Shown piece after piece: positions 1-12,004 of a stretch of 64,000 nucleotides of DNA; the first letter of the stretch is position 1; every line of letters begins with the position of its first letter. The stretch is taken from NCBI RefSeq assembly GCF_011386835.1, contig NC_088799.1:58280001-58344000 (forward strand). The letters run 5' to 3'. The DNA is from Chrysemys picta bellii. Taxonomy: Eukaryota. The position numbers and the translations under genes are program-made. The notes beneath the pieces are model-generated. The model was not told the origin of the DNA, did not search any database, and saw only the letters and a list, made by a program, of their open reading frames with translations.

Positions 1-536
1 CTGCCAGCACCCAGATCGCCGATGAAGGCTACCAGTCTACTGCACCGTCTACTGCCAAAAGGCAGTTAGCAGCTGCTGCTGTGTAGCAATGCAGTCCCAC
101 GTCTGCCGGCACCCAGAGGACATATGGTGACGGTGAGCTCAGCTGAGCTGAGCGGGCTCCATGTTGTCTGCACAGGTAACCCAGGTAAAAAGGCGCGAAT
201 CTATTGTCTGCCGTTGCTGTGACGGGGGAGGGAGGGGCCTGACGACATGTACCCAGAACCGCCCGCGACACTGTTTTGCATCATCCGGGCATTGGGATCT
301 CAACCCAGAATCCCAAGGGGCAGCGGAGACTGCGGGAATTGTGGGATAGCTGTGGGATAGCTACCCATAGTGCAATGCTCCGGAAGTCGACGCTAGCCTC
401 GTACTGTGGACGCGGTTCGCCGACTAGAGCACCTAGAGCATTTTATGTGGGGACACACACAATCGGCTGTATACAACCGGTTTCAATAAAACCGGCTTCT
501 ATAAATTCGAACTAATTTCGTAGTGTAGACATACCC
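1..536. mobile_element. End of a PIF/Harbinger-type non-autonomous DNA transposon, truncated by the window edge
   Basis: Ends in ...CGTAGTGTAGACATACCC followed by TTA. This resembles turtle Harbinger termini (GGGTATGTCTACACTACG) and their TWA target. The other end lies outside the window. Confidence 0.55.
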
Positions 537-769
537 TTAGTCTTTAAGGTGCCACCAGACTCCTTGTTGTTTTTATAAGCAATAATGTGCCTCTTAACAT
601 AGCAGTTAGGCGCCACCTAGGTGCACAGTGAGCTGCTGCATGTTAGTTTTCAAAACACTCCTGTTTAGTTTTTAAGAAATGCTCACTTTGGAGTGACTAA
701 CGAATACAACAAAACATGAAAAACTAAAAATGTTAGCCATGCAAAAAATTATCTCCGGAGCCTCAGTAT

Positions 770-965
770 GACCAAGTGGATCGCACACTGGCCTGGATTC
801 AGAAGAGGTAGGTTCTATTCCCAACTGAATCACCGGCCTAGCAGGTACCCCAGGGCAAGTCACTTCCCCTTTATGTGGCTCAGTTTCCCCATCTGTAAAA
901 TGGGGATAGTGATACTGACCTCCTGCGTAAAGCACTTGAAGATCTACGGATGAAAAATGCTATAT
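770..965 (+). repeat. MIR-like CORE-SINE fragment
   Basis: Core motif GGCAAGTCACTT...CTCAGTTTCCCCATCTGTAAAATGGGGATA and a GTAAAGCACTT...GATGAAAAATGCTATA tail. Confidence 0.65.
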
Positions 966-2379
966 TAAAGGTAGGTGTTATTTTCTCCTTCCCATTTTAT
1001 GCAGCCATCCAGTTGGTGGTGCTGTTCCTACACTACTTTATATTTATTAGTTAAGTACCACCAGTGTGCTTGGCCCTATACAAAAGACAAACACCCAGCC
1101 TGCCCAGAGACAGTACAATTTAGACAGGCTACACTGTGAGGCCCAGTAGTAGGAGTCACATTAGTTCACTGCAATTATTATTAATAATCTGATCATTTTA
1201 ATTTTCTCCATGTTGTTCTCTGGCAGAATGAATGGGTGTTTGGACTCCAAGGGAGGAGTACACAGGAGCAGAGGTTGGGCATCAGTCTGCACAAGCAGAA
1301 GATACCAAGTGGGTGCAATCAAGAGAGGCACCAAGAACCCACATCTCCCACTGTCCTATGTCAGCCATTTCTATGGGTCAAGTCTCAAGAAAAAAAAGTG
1401 GTACTGCCTTTCAAAACAAGCCCAGCCCATTTTAGACGTTGAAGAGTGGGGGTGTTTATAAATTCTATTTTTTTTTTTTAGTGATTCTAGTGTTGCTGCA
1501 TGCAACATTAAGTTACACATAAAAGATTAAAATAATAAATTTGTGTGTACTTACATTATTAAAAATCCTCACTCTCTCCATCCTCAATGGTGTCTGTTGC
1601 CTCAATGTGATTCAATAGTTCAAAAGGGGAATGTAACATATCCCAGGGTCTAAAAAAACTGGAATATAGGATGTGTCACGTGGGCGGAGCAGAAGATTTA
1701 CCAATTTGGGGGCGTTTTCTTAATTGAATGGGAGTGGGGATAGGATGATTCTAAAATTTTAATGAGGGGCACAATGACACCAATCACCGAACCCCCCTCA
1801 TACCTTTGTGCTGAAGTCACCAATTACAAAAAGCCCAAATAAGCAGCTTCTAAATAAAACAAGCCCCAGACCCCACAGCCCTTGGAGTCCAGAATATTCA
1901 AGCCCCTTTAAACAAAACAAGCCCCATTCCGAGGACTGGAAGTGGACTTGGGCAGAGGCTGTGGGGCTGAGTCAGACCCTGGCCTTGCTGGGCTCAACTC
2001 TGTCCAGCTCCGACCCAACCCAGGGGTTCTCTGCTCAGTGTCCCCGTCTGGTTCGCTTTGTTTGACCCTTTGACCTCACTCCTGTCCCTGTTCTTTTATT
2101 AGTTGTCCCCCGTAATTTTTTGGTCTCCAGGTCCTGTGGATCCCCCCTTAGGCTGGGGGGGATCCTTTAGCGGTCCGACCCTGGATCCCAATAGGTCCGA
2201 CCCAACCCAGAGCCCAAGTGGGTTCGAAGGCCTGAGGGCCAGTTCCCACAGTGGGCACCGCCCATCCTGCCTGGGACTAGGGGCACACCCGAGAGAGCTG
2301 AGCCTGTCCTCACCCACAGGGGTTGGTCAGGAGCCAAGGGCACACCCCCAGCTGGGGCGGAGGGAGGCACGCAGGGGGA

Positions 2380-3250
2380 CCCCCATTAGAACCCATCGAG
2401 GTGGGGCCTCCCAAAGCGCCTAGGTCACATAACGCGGTATAGCTGTATATGTGTGTGTGTGGGGGGGGGGTAATGACCACGAGTCGGGTGCACATGGGTG
2501 GGAAGGAATCATGATCACGTGACAAAGGTGGCTGAGGGGCCGGATCACAAACACAGGCCGAGTGTACGTCGGTGGGGAATCGAGGTCACATGACAAGGGT
2601 ATCTGTATGACGTGTCTCAGCTCAGATGTCACGTGGCGAGGGCCTGGCCTAGCGGTTTCCGCCGTGGGTGAGATGGAGGAGGAGGAGCTTGTGTCACGTG
2701 TCCAGCTCCGCTCCTGCGCCTCGCTCATACGGCAGCAGCAGGAGGCGAAGCGCCGGCGCTGGGCGCGGCAGCGAGCGCGCGGGATGGCGGCGGGCGGAGG
2801 TGAGAGCCCTGCTGGGGCCTCGCGCCTGCTGCCCGCGCGCGGCTCCCTCGGCGTCGCCAGCGGCCGGGCCTTACCTGGGTGGCTCTCCTGGAGACCGCTG
2901 CTCCCCACCACACCGGGACGGGCTCGGCCCCGGCAGCACCTCGTCGGCCACCAGCCCTGGGTGTTAGGCGCTCCCAGCGCCGCTGCTGGCGAGCGGGACT
3001 CCAAACCCCGCTCCTAGCGGGCGAGCTCTCTTTGTTTTGGGTCTGTGCAGCACTTGGCCCGCGACTGGGGCTCCCAGCGCTGGGGTCAGGCCACAATGCG
3101 CTGCCGGGGCCTGCTCGGCATGGGGGCGCGTATGCAGCCTTCGGTGTGTCTGAGCGTCCCTTGCTTACGGGCGCTACTGTTGTTAGGCCTTCTCTGTGTC
3201 GCCCATGGCGCCCGCAGCCTGCTCACACTGCAGGGTGGGGAACACGCCCT
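2380..3250. promoter_or_regulatory. CpG island and promoter of FUNDC2, with a cluster of TCAC(G/A)TG E-boxes
   Basis: GC- and CpG-rich tract around exon 1. E-boxes: ATCACGTGAC 2514-2523, GTCACATGAC 2585-2594, GTCACGTGGC 2628-2637, GTCACGTGTC 2693-2702. Confidence 0.75.
2673..2799 (+). CDS. FUNDC2: FUN14 domain-containing protein 2, coding exon 1 (alternative in-frame start at 2784, MAAGG)
   Basis: ATG 2673 and in-frame ATG 2784; donor G|GTGAGA at 2800, phase 1 matches exon 2. The 37-aa extension before MAA parallels the human FUNDC2 architecture. Confidence 0.75.
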
Positions 3251-3924
3251 CTGGCCATCGGGAGACGCGCACACACACTGCAGCCCCAGGCACTCTTCCA
3301 GTGTGTGGCTTGTTGCCCCATCCTATTGCCCTCCTGTATGTCTCGCTTCTGTGGCGACTGTAAGTTCTCTGGGTCATTAGTCGTTTCTCCGTATCTGTGC
3401 ATGCTCTTAGTGTTCTGTAAAACAGCTTGTAAACTGTCAGACAGGATCTCTGCCCCAGTGAAAGATAATTGGGTTTAAAAATAAACGTGGTAGTCGCTAA
3501 GGTTAACTGGGATTAATTCTACTGCTGTTAGCCTGGTTTTTGTGGCTTTCATTTTTCAAATCCTGATAATGTAGATTGTGCTGCTTTGATAATGGCAAAT
3601 GTAGCCTTGTACATTTAGTGAAATCCGTATTCCCAGACAAATGGTGGATGTCAATGGACCATCCTCACCTATGTGAAAACATTTCCCCATCAGTGAGAAC
3701 AGTAAATTCTGAGACCAGGTGTGGTTTCAAAACACAGCTAAAGGTTGCCTTAGTTTGTAAGTTTTAGAATGTTTTAAAGCATCATTTTAATTAGCTCCTG
3801 ATCACTGCTTGATTTTGAATTTTTAATGTTGATTAGGTAGTATGGTATCTTTTTAATATAAAATCAGACTCAAATTTCTAGTCTGGGTCCATTCAAAACA
3901 GAGTAGAGTCAGGAAGCCTCAATT

Positions 3925-5583
3925 TAATAATGGATTTCTACATAAAAGTGCATTCTTGTTGGTTGTTATAACCTTAGTACATATTCTTCACAGCTCAGAG
4001 ATAGATGTAGGTTTCATTTTTAGAAGGTACACACTACATTTTTTAAATGATTCATTTTGAAAACTTTTCAGATTAGTTTTACAGCTATATCAGAAAATGA
4101 ATGATTGTTTGGTTATTTTGTTTATCAAAGGTAATTGAAGCAGATAGTTCACCTCCTAATGACTTCATAAATATCTCCAATTCAGCAGGTTAATCATTAA
4201 TATTTGGAGGACTTTCTTGCCATGTTGTATTAGGAGGAGAACATCAACAGACAGACATTTAAATTGTTTTAGTTAACTAAAACAACAATGTTAGGTATTC
4301 TGGATTTTCTTCAACAGCAAGCATAATATTTTAACAAAACAAGCATATGCATTTTTGAATTTAAACATTCAAGTTTTTTTAAAATCAGGTTTGTTTTTGT
4401 TTTTTAACTAAAATAATTAAATGAAATATATTTTTTTAAAACAAAAATTAAATTGACTATGCCAGCCAGGTCAACACGATAAACTTAAAATATTGGCTTC
4501 TGCAGCTAACTCCGTCGTCTTCACCTTCATTTTCCTGTTTGTTCATAATCTGGAAATGAAAAACAAGCTTTCCTGTTTTTTCAGGTCTCAAACGATTTCT
4601 CAATTTGGAATTAATTTGTCCAAAGGAAGAAAATATTTTTCCTACACTGGCAGAAGAAGCTACTGCTGTTTGAAAGGGAGATTATTACTCAACTGTCTCT
4701 GAATCCAAGTGCTTAAGTGACTTCCACCAGTTCACTGGTGTGACTTTAAAATCTCATCAGGAAACGTATATTTCTTGAATGGTTCTTATTCCCACACTGG
4801 GTCTCTTTTACAGCCTGCTGCCATTATAGATTTTCTCTTCTAGTAAGAGAATGGTATGGTAGATCTCAAATCAATGAAGGCTACACTCAGAAAGACTTCC
4901 GGAATATGCTGCTCAAACAGTTTCACATTTGTTTCTACTGCCTGCCCCTCCCTTCTCACATTTATCTCCAGACTTCTTCTCCTTGTCCAGATCTTTTCTG
5001 CCCCCAATAATCTTCTATTCATTGAACTTTTTGAAACTTTGCACTTTTAGAGAGAGGTAAGGGATTGACTCTGTGCCCACAAATTTGCAGGGGGACAATA
5101 GGGTTGAAGTCTGTTATTTCTCACCACTATATACTATTTATTTAAAAACATTTTTTGCTGTTACAAGCATGTTATCTCCGGGGACACAATCCACAGTTTG
5201 AGAACTGCAAAACTAAGCGCATCTGATGGTTTCTTCTAGACTGAGCACTCAGTCCCATTGGGTAGATAGAAAGATTAACCTAAATAATCTATACAGAAGC
5301 CCCTGGAACCCCATAAAATTGGGTCCCTAATTCATGAACTATTGGAACTCATTTACAAAACTTTTCTTAAACGTTACATGAATATACTGTCTCATACTAT
5401 AGGATTTATAATCCCTATTCCATGATGAGATATCTGAGCTATAACGTATCTTAATTAAAACTATCTTTAGATAGCTTTTTTCCTCAAAAAGCATTTTATC
5501 AAAAACATCTGATTTTTTTTTTTATTTTATTCTTTTTAAAAATCATTGATTTTTTTTTTTTTTTTTTTTTTTTATCCACCCTG
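3925..5583 (-). mobile_element. Internally deleted hAT DNA transposon remnant in FUNDC2 intron 1
   Basis: Minus strand 4480-4760 reads KVTPVNWWKSLKHLDSET...AVASSASVGKIFSSFG..SKLRNRL (hAT dimerization domain, with stops). Terminus CAGGGTGGATAAAA at 5583. Left boundary approximate. Confidence 0.75.
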
Positions 5584-6814
5584 ATTCAAAATAAATGTTT
5601 CTGGGGGAAGTTCTATATTCTGACAGTATATGAGCAGATGCCCTTCTGTCTTCTTTGTACATCCTTACTTGTAGTATAATGTGATCCACAGAGAATTTGA
5701 CTTCTATGCGGTCTTCCTTTTACCCATTTTTATCATCATTCCAAGTCCTGTAATGAGGAATATTTTGGGGGGGAGGGGGCTGGGTTGGGAAAATTAGGGG
5801 ACATCATGGCAATAGCAGTGTCTTCCCCCTCCCTCCTGCCCTTTTTTTTAAAGCAACTGTTATAGCTGCCTGGACATCTGAGGTGCTGATCTAGCATAGC
5901 ATTCCTGGCACCTGAACTCACCAAGTAACTACTTCTGCCAGGCATGTGTTTCCCCAGCTGCCAAAGACGTGCAAGGCCACTGTGATCTTTTCATCTTATG
6001 CCTCTTGTATGTAATATTTCATCTCCATGTTACAGGTTAGCAAACTCTGTGTGTATCTGGAACTGTTTGTAATCACATGGCGTCCAATGCTTTCAGTTAA
6101 CAGTTAAGGAGTCAACATTTTCATTATGAATCTCCTCAGTTGCTGTAAAATTTTTTTGCTTCAGGCTAAAACTTGGTGTACGTTCATCTGCCAATAGATT
6201 TAATATTTAAAAGTTTGGGATCTTTTGGTCCCTGTCTCTAGGCTTTTGAACTAGCATATTTGAACTCTTAGGCTGCATCCTGCAAACGAGCCATCTGTTA
6301 ACATCTCCAGAATACCCAGGGATGCAGGGTTATCATACCAAATGTATGTTGCAGCGCTAAGATGTGCAGTAGACCATCCCTGCTGGAGAAGGACAAGGAA
6401 GACAAAAATAGGATCACTAGAAATGGTGCAACTGGCTTTTTTGGCCCTCTTATTCTTGGGAGGCTGTCGTATATGAAAAATCAGAAGTACAATTGTTAAA
6501 AACCAAGCCACATAAACCTTCAGAAAGCCAGAACATGAAGGTTGTGGTAAAACTAGTAAGCATGGGATGAATGTCTTTTGACTATATCACAGCTTGGCAT
6601 TATAGCAGTGCACTGAGTGCAACTCCCAGGAACAATGGAAAGTGATGGTTGAGGCTGAATTCTTTGGATTTTTGTTGGTTGTCTTTTTTTTTTTTTTACA
6701 TGGGATGGGGGGAGGTTTTTTTCTTGGTAGCAATTTATGAAAGACCCACACCTTTTCTCTTCCCCATAGAATTTAATTTAAATAATTCAGAGATGGGAAG
6801 GATGGTTTCAGCAC

Positions 6815-7020
6815 TTTAGCTACAAACTGGGAATTGGAAGACGTGTGTTCTATTCCTGCTGTTGACATACTGAGTGATCTTGGGCAAGTCACTTACCTCT
6901 CTTTCTTTTTCCCTGTCTGTAAAATGGGAGATTTGCTTAACCCCACAGAGGGGGATATGAAATTTTGTTTGACTGTTTGCCTAGTGCTTTGAGATCTGAG
7001 GCAGACACTGCAAGTATAAA
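6815..7020 (+). repeat. MIR-like CORE-SINE fragment
   Basis: TGATCTTGGGCAAGTCACTT...CTGTAAAATGGG core motif. Confidence 0.55.
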
Positions 7021-7289
7021 ATGTTATATTAGGCGTTTCTAAGACTGTATCTGAGCTGAGAACAGGTGACTAAAGCCACCTGTTCTCTTTAAGGAGGTTC
7101 TGTTCCTGCTTCTTAAATTTCATCAGGACAGTACCATTTACTATGCTTAAAGGCTCCTCATCTGAATGCTGCTGGCTAAGAATAGTGAGTTGAAGTACAC
7201 TTGACTAGAGAATAAACATGGTCTCTGCCCTTCAGTGTCATATTGCCCACTAGATACACCTATGCTCACGTGCATTTTCATATTCACAG

Positions 7290-7440
7290 CAAAGAAAGAG
7301 GACTCCTGCGAGGTGCTGGACCTGGCAGAGTACACCAAGAATCAGCCCTGGTGGCGCAAGCTCTTCGGGCGGGGCTCTGGCTCAAGTGCTGAAAAATACA
7401 ATGTAGCAACTCAGCTGGTGATTGGAGGAGTCACTGGATG
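7290..7440 (+). CDS. FUNDC2: FUNDC2 coding exon 2
   Basis: cag|C...TG|gtaagg. Encodes [51 protein letters not shown], matching human FUNDC2 [20 protein letters not shown]. Confidence 0.97.
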
Positions 7441-7724
7441 GTAAGGTGATATAATAAATCATGGTGGGGTGGTTGTGTTTTGTTTTGTTTTGTTTTTTTT
7501 GGTCCCATTGGCAGGCATGGGGTTTCTTTAATGTATGAATGATGATGGAGTGCTAGTCATCAAAAGATTGTATCTGTTTGGTGAGCTATCCCATGAAGCG
7601 TATGCATGTGGGTGGCAAATAGCATTTCAGAGGTGAAGGGAGATTAGACTGAGCTCTGTGTCTTCAGGCATATCTTGTTCAGTTGAGCTTTTCATAGAAT
7701 TTAAGGCCAGAAGGGACCATTATA

Positions 7725-8470
7725 GGATCATAGAAATGTAGGTTTGGAAGGGACCTCAACAGGTCATCTAGTTCATCCCTCAGCACAGAAGCAGGGCTAA
7801 GTAAACCTAGACGATCCACGACAGATGTTTGTCCAATGCTGCCAATGATGGGGATTCTATAACCTCCCTTGGAAGCCTGTTCCACAGCTTAACTATCCTT
7901 ATAGTTAGACATTTTTTCCTAAGTCTCCATTGCTGTAGATTAAGGCCATTACTACTTGTCCTACCTTCAGTGGACATGGAGAACAATTGATCAGTGTGCT
8001 CTTTATAACAGCCCTTAACACAGTGGTGCCAAAAATTTTCCTGTCGTGCCCCCCACTACCGGTAATGGAATCTGTCCACGCTGTGCGCCCTCCCTCCCAT
8101 TACTGCACAGTGCTGAAGACTGAACTGGAGCAGAACTGCGGCCAGTGGCGGAGCAGAGCTCCCTCCTTGCCCCACATGGGGGCTGGCCCAGGCCCTGCTG
8201 CCCGCCTTCTAAATGTTCCTTCGCACCCCTGGCCCCTTCCCCATCTTCTTTTCTCAAGACTAAATGTGTACAGTCTTTTAACCTTTCCTTGTAGGTCTGG
8301 TTTTATAAACCTTTTAATCATTTTTGTCGCTGTCCTCTGGGTGCTCTCCAATTTGTCCATTTCTTTCTTAAAATGTGTGTTGCCAAGAACTGACCACAGT
8401 ACTTCAGTTGAGGCCTCATCAGTGTTGATTAGAGCAGGGCAGTTACTTCCCGTGTCTTACATATGAAACT
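7725..8470 (-). mobile_element. CR1 LINE 3' fragment interrupted by a small CAGTGG-ended insertion (~8021-8235)
   Basis: Minus ORF MDKLESTQRTATKMIK...FSLEKRR is the CR1 ORF2 C-terminus. CR1 3' UTR tail (ATCATAGAA...GAAGGGACCTC) near 7725. Confidence 0.75.
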
Positions 8471-10878
8471 CCTCTTAATACAGAATTATGGTCATCCGGT
8501 CTGACCACCTGCATAATACAGGCCATAGAACTTCATGCAGTGATTCCTGTATCAAATCCAATATCTTGTGATTGAAGTAAAGTGTATAATTTTAGAAAGA
8601 TATCCAGTCTTGATTTAAAGACTCTTTAAGTTATGGAGGATCCACCACTTCCCCAGGTCAGCTGTTCCAATGGTTAATTATCTTTTGGGACAGATGCTTG
8701 TGAGTCTTCTAGGATGACCAAGACCTTGGGACTATGCACTGGGCCTATGCATTGTCTCTTGGGAGTCAGGCTACAGTATTTTCCCACAGAACTTTCTTGT
8801 CTCATCTTCTGAGAAGAGTTGGACCTAAAGGGTTCAGTGTACTCAGAAGCAAACCTTTTGCTGCTGAGACGAAGAATTGTCTTGCTGGTGGTTTGTGACT
8901 CTGAGGCCACTTCAAGATCTTCCTGTTGGAATATTCCACTATCCACAGTGCCACTGGGGTGTGCTCTCTTCTAATTAAGATAAGAACAGATTTAAAAATT
9001 TTATTAAGATGTTTTTAAAAGAAAATGAACGGTAGAGTTTAAGCGTAGAAGTTTCTGGTTATCAGAGAATAACATACAGATTATCAAGGGGTGCGAAGTT
9101 CGGTTTAAGATCGGATGGCGTAAGGGATACATAATCTGCAATAGCCCCGATTGGGGGTAAAAGGTTAACGAGTCAAAGTACAGACATTGAGATATGAGCA
9201 TATGTTGTTCATATAATGGCTATGTTCAGGTGTGGAGTATAATGAGTGGATACGATGATGATAAATCAGGAAGTACAATCAGGACTGCTTTTCTAGCACG
9301 TTCTTGCTTTTTGCCATAATTCTCCCCCATTCTACTCCAAAGATAAGCCACTTAAAGCATAAGATGTACCCCTACAATATGTATCTATTTGCAGTATGAG
9401 CCTGTAACTTCTATCTTGTGCCCTGGCCGTTTGCACCTGATTGCAAGAGGATTGCTCTGCTGTTTTATAACCTGAATAGTGAATCTGTATCACCTGAAAT
9501 AATACTTGATGTGGGTGATGTCAGACAATATTATATATAGGGCCCTACCAATTTCACCGTTGTGAAAAACATGTCCCAGACTGTGAAATAAGCCCTTCCT
9601 CATGAAATCTGATTTCCCCCATGCTGCTGAAGGGGCTCCTAGCTGGAAGCCCGGCTGGGGAGGGACAGGACTTGTCCTTTCCCTGCACTGCCTCTCTTGG
9701 GGGGAGATCAGACCTACCTCTGGGTGCCTCCCCCTGCTGCAGGAAGCTCTGGGGCTCAGCTCTGGCTGTGAAATTGATCAAAATGGACCGTGAATTTGGT
9801 AGGGCCCTAATTACACATCTCCTTACTGCTTAACCAAGTAGTGAGAGCTGGGTTCATCTATGTCTTGATAGCAGGGATGCTCATGTGAGTAGAGAGGAAA
9901 AATTCCACCACACCAGGTGGAGACATAAAGGGACACAGTCCAAATAGTCTTGAGTAGATGAAGGTCTAGACTATCAGTCTTCAAACTTTTATCTTTACAA
10001 ACCATCTTCTCCATTTTTGAGAAACTAAAACAACTGCCCTGGAATGTGCAGGATCTGTTTCACATGCTAAGCACTCTACTCCAGAAGCAGCCAGAAAAAA
10101 TACCAGTCCAGTTACAATTTTATTCTCTCAGCCGAGAGCATGTTATCCAAGATTCTTTGTCAGAAATGGCCATCAAAAAAATCCCATGTTAATGTCATTT
10201 GAAAACTTGGCAGAAAATCAGTGGTAAAGGGATAAAAATCTATAGATGGAGTGAGGATATGCATGTGAAAATGTAAAGGGACTCAGTTTTACAGTCTATT
10301 GTGGGGTCCCACGGAGCTGGCTGCTTTGCCCTTCCTTTCCCTAGTCCCAAATTGGCTCTCCTCTTTGTTCATCTGTCTCCCTTGGCAGGGCGGCAGGTTT
10401 GTATAATTTTTGGTGGTGCCCAGAATGTCTCTCTTCCCTTCCCCCCTGCCCACCTTGTAAGCCGATATATATTTAATTAAATAATGTAAAAATGGACTGG
10501 AAACGGTAAGCGTTTAACAGTTTCCCTTTTGCACAATATCTATTGTAAGAAAAAAATATTTAACCAAGAATATCAGTTATTAATACTCTTTTGAATACAG
10601 AAACAACCAATCACTCTTTGATCAATAACCCTCAAAAGCAAATACTTTCTAACATTAAAACAAATATAGCCTTTTCTTTTGTAATGTTCTTTTGCGATGA
10701 TCAAGAATTTGTTGCTGGGATAAAATGAAGCTACAACGCACCAGCGCCACAAGATTACAAGGGCCAATTAAAAGTGGAAAGTCAGAAGCAGCACTCGCCT
10801 GCTTCAATATATTATATTTTGTTGTACTTGTTGTGATGAAGTGGGAATGTTCTTAATGTTTTCTCTGAATAATGTGTG

Positions 10879-11705
10879 TGTCATAACTATAAAGGGAAGG
10901 GTAACAGCCCTCCTGTGTACAATACTATAAAATCCCTCCTGGCCAGAGACTCCAAAATCCTTTTACCTATAAAGGGTTAAGAAGCTCAGATAACCTGGCT
11001 GACACCTGACCCAAAGGACCAATAAGGGGACAAGATACTTTCAGATCTTGGTGGGGGGGAAGGCTTTTGTTTGTGCTCTGTTTTGGGGTTTGTTCGCTCT
11101 TGGGACTGAGAGGGACCAGACATCAGTCCAGGCTCTCCAAATCTTTCTGAACAAGTCTCTCATATTTCCAACTTGATAGTAAACAGCCAGGCAAGGCGTG
11201 TTAGTTTTTATCTTTGTTTTCTTAACTTGTAAATGCACCTTTTTGCTAGAGTGTTTATCTCTGTTTGCTGTAACTTTGAACCTAAGGCTAGAGGGGATTC
11301 CTCTGGGCTCTTTAAGTTTGATTATCCTGTAAAGTTAGTTTCCATCCTGATTTTACAGAGATGATTTTTATCTTTTTCTTTAATTAAAAGCCTTCTTTTT
11401 AAGAACCTGATTGATTTTTTTCCTTGTTTTTAGATCCAAGGGGGTTAGATCTTGATCCACCAGCAGTTGTTGGGAGGTAGGAGGGGGGATGGTTAATTTC
11501 TTCTTGTTTTAAGATCCAAGGGGTTTGGATCTGTATTCACCAGGGAATTGGTGAAGAGTCTCTCAAGGCTACCCAGGGAAGGGAATTAGCACATTTGGGA
11601 GTAGTGGCAGCGGACCAGATCTAAGCTGGTAGTTAAGCTTAGAAGTTTTCATGCAGGCCTCCACATTTGTACCCTAAAGTTCAGAGTGGGGAAGCAGCCT
11701 TGACA
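10879..11705 (+). mobile_element. Solo LTR of the Gypsy/Gmr1 family found at 20574-27191
   Basis: TGTCA...TGACA termini and a 5-bp TSD GTGTG (10874-10878 / 11706-11710). Aligns by eye with both LTRs of the full element. Confidence 0.92.
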
Positions 11706-12004
11706 GTGTGGGTGCCTCAGTTTCCCCTGCAAGATGCCAACTGAAGGTGTTGGAGAACAAAGAGATTAGGTGGCCTCCTTTCCCGGAAAAGAGACAAAGG
11801 CCAGAGGAGGGACTGGAGAAATGGATAGGGGAAACTGAGGCACCCACACAGTATTTGTAGAAAACATTAAGAACATTCCCATTTTGTAACACCTGTATAC
11901 AACCAATTATATACTTTAAAGGGTGTAAAATAATCAAGTATTGTGCTAAACACGATCATACCCCAAACTGACGGCCAAATTTAAGTTGTGTGTGTTTTTC
12001 CCCT

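Noticed and set aside
1-2400. F8 exon 1, expected head-to-head with FUNDC2 from human synteny
   Set aside because: I found no minus-strand signal peptide or ATRRYYLGAVE-like sequence; it may lie outside the window.
2420-3478. Long overlapping ORFs (194, 199, 151 aa) around FUNDC2 exon 1
   Set aside because: Stop-poor GC-rich CpG island. Only 2673-2799 has splice and homology support.
9025-9260. NUMT
   Set aside because: No recognisable mitochondrial gene, and the A/G skew does not fit either mitochondrial strand well. Kept only as an unexplained anomaly.
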